Source of the DNA: an uncultured Gemmatimonadales bacterium
GTDB taxonomy: Bacteria > Gemmatimonadota > Gemmatimonadetes > Longimicrobiales > RSA9
Assembly (NCBI GenBank): GCA_963741945.1
Contig: CAVUKA010000001.1
Location: 1,248,001-1,312,000 of the forward strand
Direction: 5' to 3'
Length of the DNA: 64,000 nt
Part shown: positions 41,287 to 50,361 of the stretch, one piece after another
Position numbering within the stretch: the first letter of the stretch is position 1
Layout of the letters: every line of letters starts with the position of its first letter
Program-made: the position numbers and the translations under genes
Notes under the pieces: generated by a model
Told to the model about the DNA's origin: nothing
The model's database searches: none
Seen by the model: the letters and a program-made list of their open reading frames with translations, nothing else

Positions 41287-41993
41287 GCATGCGACGGGTG
41301 CTGGCACTGGCCGTGTTCGCGGCCCGGACGAACGCACGCATGTGGGTGTCGCGCGCCGGGGTGGCGGGGGGCGTGGCCACGATCCTCCTCGGCGCCGCGC
41401 TCCGCTGGAACGCCGGCTACGGGTGGAGCGCCGACGCGGACCTGGCGTTCAACGGCTTTCTCATCATGGCGCTGTTCACGCTGCGCTCGGGCCTGGAGGA
41501 GCAGGTCGGCACCGGGCTCAGCACGTTCATCCGCCACAACTTCGCCTCGCCCGCGGAGCACGCGCTGGCGGGAAGTCTGTCGCTCGTGGCAACGCTGCTC
41601 GGCTGCGCCGGCGTTTCACTCCTCGTTCTGATCGTCGCGCAGGGCGGTGACCTGGCGGCGTCGCTCTGGACGGTGTGGCACTGGCTGCTCCTCGGGGCCA
41701 TGATCCTACCGTTCGTCCCCATGGTGGAAGCGGTCGCCCGCTTCCGCCTCCCCGCCGTCCTCCCCGCCATCGGCTACTTCGCCCTGCTCGTGATCCTCAG
41801 CCTCACCATCGGCGAGGAGCGCGCCATGGCGTTCTTCGCGGGAGGCGGCAACCAGGCCGACCCGGCCAGCTCGTTGCCGTTCGCCGCTCGCGCGGGCGCG
41901 TTCCTGGCCCTGGGCTTCGCGGCGTACGTCGGGGGCACCGGGGCGCTCGCCCGGCTGCGATCGCGCCTCGCCGCCCGGGTCCGCAGCGGCTGA
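41283..41993 (+). CDS. ABC-2-like permease / 6-TM membrane protein
   Basis: GTG overlaps the ATPase TGA; about six hydrophobic segments; EEQVGTG loop after TM2. Confidence 0.7.
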   Translation: MSMRRVLALAVFAARTNARMWVSRAGVAGGVATILLGAALRWNAGYGWSADADLAFNGFLIMALFTLRSGLEEQVGTGLSTFIRHNFASPAEHALAGSLSLVATLLGCAGVSLLVLIVAQGGDLAASLWTVWHWLLLGAMILPFVPMVEAVARFRLPAVLPAIGYFALLVILSLTIGEERAMAFFAGGGNQADPASSLPFAARAGAFLALGFAAYVGGTGALARLRSRLAARVRSG

Positions 41994-42045
41994 ACGCAGC
42001 GTGGCACCGCTGGCGGCCGGGGACGCGCCGGCCGATCTTCCCCGG

Positions 42046-42585
42046 ATGCCGAACACGCCGCCGCTGGTCTGCGTGGTGGGGAAGAAGAAGTCGGGGAAGA
42101 CCACCACGGTGCTCCTGCTCGTGGCCGAGCTGCGCCGGCGCGGGCACCGCGTCATGACCATCAAGCACGGCCACCACTTCGACCTCGACCGCCCCGGCAC
42201 CGACTCGTTCCGGCACCGGCAGGAGGGGGGTGCGGAGCGCGTCGTGCTGGCCGGCCCCGGTCAGTTCTCGGTGGTGGGCTCGTGGCCGGACGGCCACGAG
42301 CTGGGCGCAGCCGAGCTCGCCGCCCGCTTCCTCGACGACGCCGATGTCGTGGTCGTGGAAGGATTCAAGGGCGAGCGCCTGCCGAAGATCGAAGTGTTCC
42401 GCCGCGCCGCGCACCAGGAGCCGGTCTTCGATCCGCTCAGCGCGGCGGCGCGGGAGTTCATCGCCGGAGTCACGGACGACCCGGACTACGCCGCCCGCGT
42501 CCCGTTCCCCACGTTCCGCGCGAACGATCCCGCGCTGGCGCAGCGGCTGGCGGACCTGGTGATGGCCGACGTAATCGGGGCATAG
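42046..42585 (+). CDS. mobB: Molybdopterin-guanine dinucleotide biosynthesis protein B
   Basis: VVGKKKSGKTT, TIKHGHH, D.PGTDSFRH, VVVEGFK..PKIEV. Confidence 0.92.
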   Translation: MPNTPPLVCVVGKKKSGKTTTVLLLVAELRRRGHRVMTIKHGHHFDLDRPGTDSFRHRQEGGAERVVLAGPGQFSVVGSWPDGHELGAAELAARFLDDADVVVVEGFKGERLPKIEVFRRAAHQEPVFDPLSAAAREFIAGVTDDPDYAARVPFPTFRANDPALAQRLADLVMADVIGA

Positions 42586-42653
42586 ACGAAGCGCCGGGCG
42601 GCCTGATCGGCCACCCGGCGCAAGCGGGTACCCCCGGGCTGCCGGCCGATGGC

Positions 42654-43838
42654 TCAGCAGCCGCCCCGCTTCGGCTTCGCGCCGCCCCCTCCCTGCGGGA
42701 TCACGGGCGGCGGGGCGCTGACCTGCGGCGCGATCGTGCCGGCACCCGAGAAGAAGGCGGAAATCCCGTTCTGGACCCGCACGCGATCGAGCTCCGCGGC
42801 GTCCGGGCTCGCCGGCGTGGCCGCGGTGAGGACGTCGGCATCCCAGGCGTGCCAGCCGCCTCGCAGCACGTGATAGTGCGGGCGATCCGGCCAGAAGCCG
42901 GGCACTTCGCTCAGGGTGCCGTCGTCCGTGACCAGCACCACGTCGGTGCCCGGTCCCGCGCCGGCCAGCACCGGAAGCGCGCTGCTGTCCAGCGCCGCCG
43001 GATAGGAGCCGGGGATGCGCGCTTCTGCGTCGGCGCGCAGGTCCAGCACCAGGAAGTCCGGGTCGCCGGCGATGATGCGCCGGGCGAGGTCGAGGGCGGC
43101 GACGTCGCCCGTCGACGTGGCCCGCAACGCCGGCGTCGGCCGCGGCCCCGGGCGGAAGCCGAGCCCGACGAACAGGAGCAGCACCAGCGCGCCCGCCACG
43201 CCGAACTTGGCGAGCGGGAACGGCGGCGGCGTCAGCTCGATGGCGGCCTGCCGGCCCTGGAACGCGCGCTCCACCATCTCCGCACCCACGAACGCTGCGC
43301 CGGCCAGCAGCACCACGCCCAGGACGAACGGCAGCGTGGGAAGGCCGAAGAGCTGAGGGAGCACGGACACGCCCAGGCTGCCCGCGTGGTAGAGCGTGTT
43401 CAGCGCCGGGAACCAGTCCACGGCCACCGTGAAGAGGAACGTCCCGACGAAGATCCCGCCGATGGTGGCGACGCCATCCCACCGCCCGGAGGCGGCGGCG
43501 ACCACGGACGTGCCGGGGCAGAGCCCGCTCATGATGAAGCCCACGCCGAGCAGGAAGCCGCCCACGAGCTCCGCCCACAGGAAGGTGGGATTGACCCAGA
43601 GCCTGGCCATGTCCACCCAGCCGAGCCCCACCAGGGTGTAGAGCCCCACCATGGCCACCAGGATGGCGGTGAACATGACCTTGAACACCGTCATGTCGTG
43701 CAGGTAGAACTGGGCCGCGAGCTTGCGCGCGTTGCCGAAGCCACCACGCTCCAGCGCGAAGCCGAAGAAGAACCCGATGACGAGGCCGGTGAGCAGCCGC
43801 ACTTCGTCATTGGCGAAGACGAGGGGGAACGTGCTCAT
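42654..43838 (-). CDS. YeeE/YedE (DUF395) sulfur-compound transporter fused to a rhodanese-like domain
   Basis: GFFFGFALERGGF, VFKVMF, GLCPGT; C-terminal LVLDLR..IPGS..LRGGWHAW lacking a catalytic Cys. Confidence 0.85.
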   Translation of the reverse strand: MSTFPLVFANDEVRLLTGLVIGFFFGFALERGGFGNARKLAAQFYLHDMTVFKVMFTAILVAMVGLYTLVGLGWVDMARLWVNPTFLWAELVGGFLLGVGFIMSGLCPGTSVVAAASGRWDGVATIGGIFVGTFLFTVAVDWFPALNTLYHAGSLGVSVLPQLFGLPTLPFVLGVVLLAGAAFVGAEMVERAFQGRQAAIELTPPPFPLAKFGVAGALVLLLFVGLGFRPGPRPTPALRATSTGDVAALDLARRIIAGDPDFLVLDLRADAEARIPGSYPAALDSSALPVLAGAGPGTDVVLVTDDGTLSEVPGFWPDRPHYHVLRGGWHAWDADVLTAATPASPDAAELDRVRVQNGISAFFSGAGTIAPQVSAPPPVIPQGGGGAKPKRGGC

Positions 43839-44344
43839 ATCCACTGCCTCCTCACGAACCACGCGGTGGCGTAGCCGCCCGCGAACACCATGAGCATGAA
43901 GATCCAGCTCCCGGTGGCCAGGAGCGCACCGCCGGAGAGCGCCTGCCCGGACGTGCAGCCCCGGGCGAGCGCCGCAGCGAAGCCCATGATCACACCGCCC
44001 GCGACGGCGTAGCCGAGACGGCCGCGCGTGGAGATGCGGGGGCCCTTCTCCACCGTCGCCCGGAAGCGGCCGGCGGAGACCGCGGCGATGAAGCCGCCGA
44101 TGAGCACGCCGATCACTTCCACCACCAGCCAGTTGCGCAGCGGATTGCCCGCTTCCACGTAGCTGGACAGTGCCGGATTGGACGCGGTCCACTCGGGCGC
44201 CGCGCTCATGGCGCCGAGCGCGATGAGCCGCTTCGGCATCGCGCTGGCCCCGAGACCCCCGCCACTCACGAGGAAGGCCGCCAGGAGCGTGAGCCCCAGG
44301 AGCACACCGGCCGCGTACGGGTTCCAGTATCTCTTCGCTTCCAT
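43835..44344 (-). CDS. YeeE/YedE (DUF395) family protein
   Basis: YWNPYAAG, GVLIGGF, ARGCTSGQALSG; AAGGAG RBS. Confidence 0.88.
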   Translation of the reverse strand: MEAKRYWNPYAAGVLLGLTLLAAFLVSGGGLGASAMPKRLIALGAMSAAPEWTASNPALSSYVEAGNPLRNWLVVEVIGVLIGGFIAAVSAGRFRATVEKGPRISTRGRLGYAVAGGVIMGFAAALARGCTSGQALSGGALLATGSWIFMLMVFAGGYATAWFVRRQWI

Positions 44345-44360
44345 GTCCACTCCTTTCCGC

Positions 44361-45353
44361 CTATCGAAGCGCGGCCATGATCCACGTGGAATGCTGCCCC
44401 GCCGCCACCAGCACCCAGCGCAGCGCGAGCCCTCCCACCAGCACCAGCACCGCCGCCATGCGCCCGGGGACCGCCCCGTGCCGAGCCTCCATCCATTCCG
44501 CCGCGAGCGGAGCCAGCAGTCCCAGCGCCACCACCATGCTCCAGAACGCGGTGGTATACGGCCCGCCGAGCAGCACCCCGGCCGCCTCCCTTGACGCCTC
44601 GCCGCCGGTCACGAGCCCCATGATCAGCAGCGCGATCAGCGCGAGCTCCACCGCGATCAGCCCCATGTCGGCGCGGCCGAGCAGCGTCCGCTCATCGTCG
44701 CGGAGACCGTAGAGCATCATGAACGCAGCGCCCGTGGACAGTCCGGAGACGAGGAAGAGCGGCCCGAGGATCGCCGAGCTCCAGAGCGGCCGCGCGCCCA
44801 GGGAGCCGAGCAGGATCCCGGTGTAGATGCCCAGCCCGATCCCGAGCGCCACGTTCCACAGGGCGATCCCGCGGGTGCGGGCATCCACCCAGATCATTGC
44901 GCGTCCGAACCCGCTCTCGAAGCGCTGTCCCAGCGCCGAGGCGCCGAAGCGCTTCGCCAGCCGCGACAGCGGGCAGGCCCGCATCTCGGCGGGAGTCATG
45001 CGCAGCGCCAGGAGGAGGCTCGCGGGGTAGATCGCCAGGAGGATCCAGGCGCCCCAGGACATGGGCGACGACGGCCGGAAGGTCAGGTAGAACCGGAAGG
45101 CGTTCCACCGGTTCTCGAGATCCAGCCACAGGAACAGCATGCCCACGGAGATCAGGATCGGCGCGGCCCACGGCAGAAGGGACAGCGCCCTCGAGCGCTC
45201 GCGCTCCGGCGAGCGCAGCATCCACAGCCCCGAGAGCACCATGATGCCCGCCACCAGTCCACCCAGGAACAGGTAGACGGGCACTTCGTAGTGCCACACG
45301 TGGAGCCCGGGGTCCACCAGCGCGTTGGCACGCGTGGTCGTGAGTTCGTTCAT
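44361..45353 (-). CDS. psrC: Polysulfide reductase-type membrane anchor (NrfD/PsrC family)
   Basis: WHYEVPVYLFLGG, LDLE, SPMSWGAW, YTGILL..RPLW, LFLVSG. Confidence 0.88.
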   Translation of the reverse strand: MNELTTTRANALVDPGLHVWHYEVPVYLFLGGLVAGIMVLSGLWMLRSPERERSRALSLLPWAAPILISVGMLFLWLDLENRWNAFRFYLTFRPSSPMSWGAWILLAIYPASLLLALRMTPAEMRACPLSRLAKRFGASALGQRFESGFGRAMIWVDARTRGIALWNVALGIGLGIYTGILLGSLGARPLWSSAILGPLFLVSGLSTGAAFMMLYGLRDDERTLLGRADMGLIAVELALIALLIMGLVTGGEASREAAGVLLGGPYTTAFWSMVVALGLLAPLAAEWMEARHGAVPGRMAAVLVLVGGLALRWVLVAAGQHSTWIMAALR

Positions 45354-45360
45354 CTCGCCA

Positions 45361-45912
45361 CTACTCCAGGTAGAAGACCTTCGGCTTCGTGCCGGCCTCC
45401 GGCAACAGCGTCCGCCAGCTGCGCGTGGCCAGGAGCCGCGAGACCTCGCTGGTGGGATCGTCGAGGTCGCCGAAGTGGATGCTCCGGGTCGGGCACGTGT
45501 CCTGACACGCCGTCGTCCATTCACCGCCATCCGCGCTGCGGTGCGCGCAGAACGTGCACTTGTCCACCGCGTTCGTGCGCGGGTCGACGAAGCGCGCGCC
45601 GTACGAGCACGCCGCGATGCACGCCTTGCACCCCGTGCACTTGTCCGCATCGACCTGGACCGTGCCGCCCGGGCCGTAGTACGAGGCACCCGTGGGACAC
45701 GCAGCCACGCACGGCGCGTCCTCGCAGTGGTTGCAGCGCTCGCTGCGGATCTCCATCGAGAGCGATGGGAACTCCCCCGTCACCTCGGTGGTGATCCAGT
45801 CCCGCGTGAACCCTTCCGCCACGTCGTTCTCGGTCTTGCACGCCACCACGCACGCCGTGCATCCCACGCACGTGCGCGTGTCCACCGCCATGCCGTAGCG
45901 CTTCCCGCTCAT
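45361..45912 (-). CDS. psrB: 4x[4Fe-4S] electron-transfer subunit (PsrB/NrfC family)
   Basis: CVGCTACVVAC, CNHCEDAPCVAACP, CTGCKACIAAC, KCTFC..CQDTCP. Confidence 0.92.
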   Translation of the reverse strand: MSGKRYGMAVDTRTCVGCTACVVACKTENDVAEGFTRDWITTEVTGEFPSLSMEIRSERCNHCEDAPCVAACPTGASYYGPGGTVQVDADKCTGCKACIAACSYGARFVDPRTNAVDKCTFCAHRSADGGEWTTACQDTCPTRSIHFGDLDDPTSEVSRLLATRSWRTLLPEAGTKPKVFYLE

Positions 45913-48158
45913 TCCGCCACCTCCTCCGCACCCACCGCCGCCACATCCGAAGCCCGGACGAAGGTCACGAAGTTCACGTTCATCCCCGTCCCGCCCATGA
46001 GCGGGTCGGTCCTGTAGCGCGTCACCAGCTCCGCGTCATCGATCCCCCGGCCGTGGGCGAAGCCCAGCCCCTTCGCCTTGCGACCCCACCCATGGACCAT
46101 GTAGACGGCATCCGGGCGGATCCGCTCCGTGACCTTCACCGGTGCCGAGAACGTGGAGCGCACTCCGTCCTGGTTCTTCAGGTAGATCCGCTCCCCGTTC
46201 TTCAGCCCCCACCTGGCCGCCACCTTCGTGTTCACCCACACCGCGTTCTCCGGGAACGTCTCGCCCAGGAGACGGTTGTTGGTGGTGCGCCCGAACGTAT
46301 GCATAGGCGCCCGCCCGAAGAGGAGGCGGTAATAGCCCGACGGCGGCTCCTCCAGCTCGCCATCTTTCCACGTCGGGATCGGATCGAACCCCAGCGACGC
46401 CAGCTGCGGCGACCACAGCTCGATCTTCCCCGAGCCCGTGTAGAACACCGGTGCGGCGCCTTCCTCGAAGTAGATCGGCTTGCGCTCGCCCAGGACCACG
46501 CCGTCGCGCCGGGCCTGTGCCACGTCCACCCCCGCCGCGCGCAGCCGGGCGTCCACGTACGTGCGCGCGTCCTCCCATCCGAAGTGGTCCTCGAGGCCCA
46601 GGCGCCGCGCCAGCTCCTTCGCGATCCACCACCCCGGCCGTGTGTCGTACATCGGGCTGACGGCCGCCTGCCGCAGCGCAACGAACCCCTGCCGGTGCCA
46701 CGTGGAGTTCAGGTCGTCGTCACGCTCCAGGTACGTGGATTCCGGCAGGACGACGTCGGACCAGCCGACCATCTCCACCGGGAGCACGTCCACCGTGACC
46801 AGGAAATCCAGCGCCTGGATGGCCGCGTACGTCTCCTCTTGATTCGGAAGCGTGGTGGGCAGGTTCGAGCCGTACACCATCCAGCCCTTGATGCTCGCGT
46901 CCTCGCGGAACTTGCCCGGCACGCTCGCGTCGCACACCCCCTTGGCCAGCACCGAGTCCGACAGCGGGTACTCCCCGGCCATCTTCCGGTCCGCCGGCGG
47001 CCCCGCCTCCGGGTGGTGGGCCGCATCCAGGTCCGGCACCCCCATCGGCTGCGCCATGTAGAAGCCGCCCCGTCGCCCCCACGACCCCAGGAGCGCGTTC
47101 AGCATGGCGATGGCGCGCGAGCGCTGCGTGTCGTCCCCGTACCACGTCACGTGACGGCCCGGGTGGACGATGCTCGCCGGCCTCCCCGCCGCCATCGTCC
47201 TCGCCGACTGCCGGATCAGCTCCGGCTCGATTCCCGTCCGCGGGTACGCCCACTCCGGCGTGAGCGGCGCCACGTGCGCCTTCAGCTGCTCGAACCCCAC
47301 TGCGTACCGGTCGACGTAGTCACGGTCGTACAGCCCCTCGGCGATCAGCACGTTCATCCACGCCAGCAGCAGCGCCAGATCGGTGCCCGGCTTGATCGGC
47401 AGCCAGTGCTTCGCCTTCGATGCCGCCACGCTGTAGCGCGGGTCCACCACGATCACATCCGCACCGCTGCGGAGCGCCGTCGCGAACTCCTGCACCTGCG
47501 TGTTGTGCATGTTCTCGCCGAGATGGCTGCCGATCAGCGTCAGGCAGCGCGTGTTCTCGATGTCGGTGTTCTCCGGCGATCCCACGCCCTGCCCGTACGT
47601 CAGCGTGAAGCCCACTTCTCGCGGGCCGCGACACTGCGCGTAGCTCGGCGCCGTCACGTTCGGCGACCCGTACGACTTGAACAGGTGCTTGAACCAGCTC
47701 CCGCCGAAGCCATGGCTGAACAGCGCCAGCGCTTCCGCGCCGTGCGCCTGACGGATCTTCTCGAAGCCCTCCGCCACTTCGTCCAGCGCAGTCTCCCACG
47801 GGACCACCTCGAACCGGTCGCCTCCCCGTCTCCCCACCCGCACCATGGGCGCCTTCAGGCGGTCCGGATCGTACAGCAGGCCCGTGCCCCCCGCGCCCCG
47901 CGGACAGAGACGACCCTGACTGAGCGGGTGCTTCGGGTTCCCCTGGATCTTCGTCACCCGCCCGTCCTTCACATGCGCCAGGATCCCGCAGTTCCAGAAG
48001 CACAGCTCGCAGAAGCTCGGGACCACGTACTCGCCATCCGTGCCCGGATCCCGGAGCTCCGGCGCGTACGCACCGTACCAGTTCGTCGACAGCCCGCCCA
48101 GGATCCCTGCGCCCACCACGCCATAGCTGCCGATCCGGATGAACTCACGCCGCTTCAT
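45909..48158 (-). CDS. psrA: Tat-exported molybdopterin oxidoreductase, polysulfide/thiosulfate reductase PsrA/PhsA-like
   Basis: Tat KRREFI; CELCFWNC..LCPRG Fe-S motif; SYAQCRGP putative Mo-ligand Cys; HLGENMH. Confidence 0.85.
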   Translation of the reverse strand: MKRREFIRIGSYGVVGAGILGGLSTNWYGAYAPELRDPGTDGEYVVPSFCELCFWNCGILAHVKDGRVTKIQGNPKHPLSQGRLCPRGAGGTGLLYDPDRLKAPMVRVGRRGGDRFEVVPWETALDEVAEGFEKIRQAHGAEALALFSHGFGGSWFKHLFKSYGSPNVTAPSYAQCRGPREVGFTLTYGQGVGSPENTDIENTRCLTLIGSHLGENMHNTQVQEFATALRSGADVIVVDPRYSVAASKAKHWLPIKPGTDLALLLAWMNVLIAEGLYDRDYVDRYAVGFEQLKAHVAPLTPEWAYPRTGIEPELIRQSARTMAAGRPASIVHPGRHVTWYGDDTQRSRAIAMLNALLGSWGRRGGFYMAQPMGVPDLDAAHHPEAGPPADRKMAGEYPLSDSVLAKGVCDASVPGKFREDASIKGWMVYGSNLPTTLPNQEETYAAIQALDFLVTVDVLPVEMVGWSDVVLPESTYLERDDDLNSTWHRQGFVALRQAAVSPMYDTRPGWWIAKELARRLGLEDHFGWEDARTYVDARLRAAGVDVAQARRDGVVLGERKPIYFEEGAAPVFYTGSGKIELWSPQLASLGFDPIPTWKDGELEEPPSGYYRLLFGRAPMHTFGRTTNNRLLGETFPENAVWVNTKVAARWGLKNGERIYLKNQDGVRSTFSAPVKVTERIRPDAVYMVHGWGRKAKGLGFAHGRGIDDAELVTRYRTDPLMGGTGMNVNFVTFVRASDVAAVGAEEVAE

Positions 48159-48492
48159 TGGCTCCCTCCGTCGCGCCGCCCGCGTCCACGCCCACCGCCT
48201 CCGGATGCATCCACTCGCACACCGTGTCCAGCAGCTGCCGCGGCATCCCCGCCGCTTCCAGCAGCACTTCCGCACCCTGGCGACGACCCACCACCAGCCC
48301 CCGCTCCCGCAGCGCCCCCAGGTGACGCGCCACCGTGCTCTGCGGCCACCCCAGCTCCTCCACCAGATCCTTCTGCGTCGCCCCCGCCCGCTCCGTCAGC
48401 AGGCAGGTGAGCCGCAGACGGTCCGGGTGCGCCAGCGCCTTGAACACCCGCGCCGCCGCCTTGATCTCCGCCGCGCTCGGCTGTGCCCGCAT
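48145..48492 (-). CDS. ArsR/SmtB family repressor, SqrR/BigR-like
   Basis: FKALAHPDRLRLTCLL, QSTVARHL, LLDTVC; AGGAG RBS. Confidence 0.85.
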   Translation of the reverse strand: MRAQPSAAEIKAAARVFKALAHPDRLRLTCLLTERAGATQKDLVEELGWPQSTVARHLGALRERGLVVGRRQGAEVLLEAAGMPRQLLDTVCEWMHPEAVGVDAGGATEGANEAA

Positions 48493-48524
48493 GGCCGTGC
48501 TCTCCTGGTTTCCGACATCCATGA

Positions 48525-48556
48525 ATCCGGGAACCCGGATATCCGCATACCCGGAT
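48525..48556. promoter_or_regulatory. Candidate ArsR operator: adjacent inverted repeats
   Basis: ATCCGGGAACCCGGAT followed by ATCCGCATACCCGGAT, overlapping the predicted start site. Confidence 0.5.
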
Positions 48557-48557
48557 A

Positions 48558-48574
48558 GGCAAGCACGAAGCCAG
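48558..48574 (-). promoter_or_regulatory. Sigma54 -24/-12 promoter of the arsR-psr operon
   Basis: Minus strand CTGGCTTCGTGCTTGCC = TGGC-N7-TTGC with exact spacing. Confidence 0.7.
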
Positions 48575-48750
48575 TTCCCGTAACCCCACGTACGTCGTTG
48601 AGAACCATTGAGATACGGATATCGCACCCGCGCCGGTATTGTGGATACTTGACTTTTTGTTGCACCGATCTGAAACGAGACGGGAGGGGAGCGAAACGTT
48701 TCCGAACGGGATGGGCTACGGCAACGCACAGAGAGGGGATGACACGAAGA

Positions 48751-50298
48751 CTAGAGCCGATACTCCTTCATTTTCCGCCAGAGGGTGGTGCGGCTGATCC
48801 CGAGCAATCGGGCGGTGTCCTGGCGGTTGAATCGGGTGCGGGCGAGGGCGTCGAGGATCTGGCGCGCCTCGGCTGCTTCGGCGGGGGAGAGGTGGGGTGG
48901 CACACGGTCATCGGTGGCCGGGGCGGCGGCGCCGGACGGGTCGTGGGGCCCGGGGGGGGCGGGGCGCCCGTCGCGGGGGCTGGAGCGCGGAGCCGGGACG
49001 TGGCCGGTGGTGGTCCACGGCGGCAGGTCGCCCGTGACGCCGTCGTCGATGCCGGCGGCGCGCACCTCGACGGGGAGGTGCTTGAGGTGGATGGTCTGGC
49101 CCTCGCAGACGGTGGTGGCGAATTCGAGGGCGTTTTCGAGCTCGCGCACATTCCCGGGCCAGGGGTAGCCCATGATGGCGTCCATGGCGGAGGGGGCGAG
49201 TCGGAGCGCGCGCCCGCGCGTGGTGCCGATGCGGTGGAGGAGGAAGCGGGCGATGGCTTCGATGTCGTCGCGTCGTGCGCGCAGCGGGGGGATCTCGATG
49301 GGGACCACGCGCAGCCGGTAATAGAGGTCCTCGCGGAACCGGTGCTCCTGCACGGCGAGGCCGAGGTTCTCGTTGGTAGCGGCGAGAATGCGGACATCGA
49401 CGTCCCGGGTGCGGGTGTCCCCCACGCGCTCGAACGCGTGCTCCTGCAGTGCGCGGAGGATCTTCGCCTGCAGCGGCAGGCTCATGGACCCGACCTCGTC
49501 CAGGAAGAGGGTGCCCCCGTCGGCCAGCTCGAACCGGCCCACGCGGTCCCGCACGGCCCCGGTGAATGCGCCGCGCACGTGCCCGAACAGCTCGCTCTCC
49601 AGCAGCTCCGAAGGCAGCGCCGCGCAGTTCACCGCCACGAACGGCGCGTCGCTGCGCTGCGACGTGTCGTGCAGCGCCCGCGCCACCAGCTCCTTGCCGG
49701 TCCCGCTCTCGCCCGTGATGAGGACGGTGGAGTCGTGGTCCCGGAGCAGCTCGATGAGACGGAAGATCCGCTGCATGACCGCGGAGCGGGCCACGATCCC
49801 GCCGTACGACGGCACCGGCGCCTCTTCCTCCTGCTCCGCCCGGATCATCAGAACCACGCCCGCGCCCTCGGCCTTTCCGCGACGCTCCTCGTCCTCGCCA
49901 CCCACTCCAGCCTCGCCTCCGGCTTCTCCGTGCGACGCCTCTCCCCCGGGGGGCGCCGGCGCCCCGAACCCGCTCGGCTCCCCGCTGCCCACCGACGCGA
50001 CCGTGAGCGACACCGCGATCCGATCACCGCTCGAACCGTGCAGGAACGCACGCAGCCCTTCCCTGCGATGCCCGGTCCGCAACACCTCCCGCACCACGCC
50101 GTCCGACCCGGTCACCTCCTCCCCCAGCACCTCCTCCAGCGGCGACCCCGCCAGCTCCGCCGCGCTCCGCCCCAGCATGCCGGGCAGCCGCGCCGAGAAC
50201 TCCACCACCTTCAGCTCCGCGTCCGCCACCATGTACACGCGCCCGAGCGCGTTGAGCAGCCGGTCCAGCGGGTATCGCGCGGCCACCGGGTCCGCCAT
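48751..50298 (-). CDS. Sigma54-dependent activator (PAS + AAA+ + Fis HTH)
   Basis: GESGTGKE, ESELFGHVRGAFTGA, LFLDEV, WPGNVRELEN, LGISRTTLWRK; GGAGG RBS. Confidence 0.93.
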   Translation of the reverse strand: MADPVAARYPLDRLLNALGRVYMVADAELKVVEFSARLPGMLGRSAAELAGSPLEEVLGEEVTGSDGVVREVLRTGHRREGLRAFLHGSSGDRIAVSLTVASVGSGEPSGFGAPAPPGGEASHGEAGGEAGVGGEDEERRGKAEGAGVVLMIRAEQEEEAPVPSYGGIVARSAVMQRIFRLIELLRDHDSTVLITGESGTGKELVARALHDTSQRSDAPFVAVNCAALPSELLESELFGHVRGAFTGAVRDRVGRFELADGGTLFLDEVGSMSLPLQAKILRALQEHAFERVGDTRTRDVDVRILAATNENLGLAVQEHRFREDLYYRLRVVPIEIPPLRARRDDIEAIARFLLHRIGTTRGRALRLAPSAMDAIMGYPWPGNVRELENALEFATTVCEGQTIHLKHLPVEVRAAGIDDGVTGDLPPWTTTGHVPAPRSSPRDGRPAPPGPHDPSGAAAPATDDRVPPHLSPAEAAEARQILDALARTRFNRQDTARLLGISRTTLWRKMKEYRL

Positions 50299-50361
50299 GC
50301 GAGCCTCCGAGGTTTCAACGTTTCGTTGGAACATTGCCGCGATGGGCGTGCGGCTCAAGGG

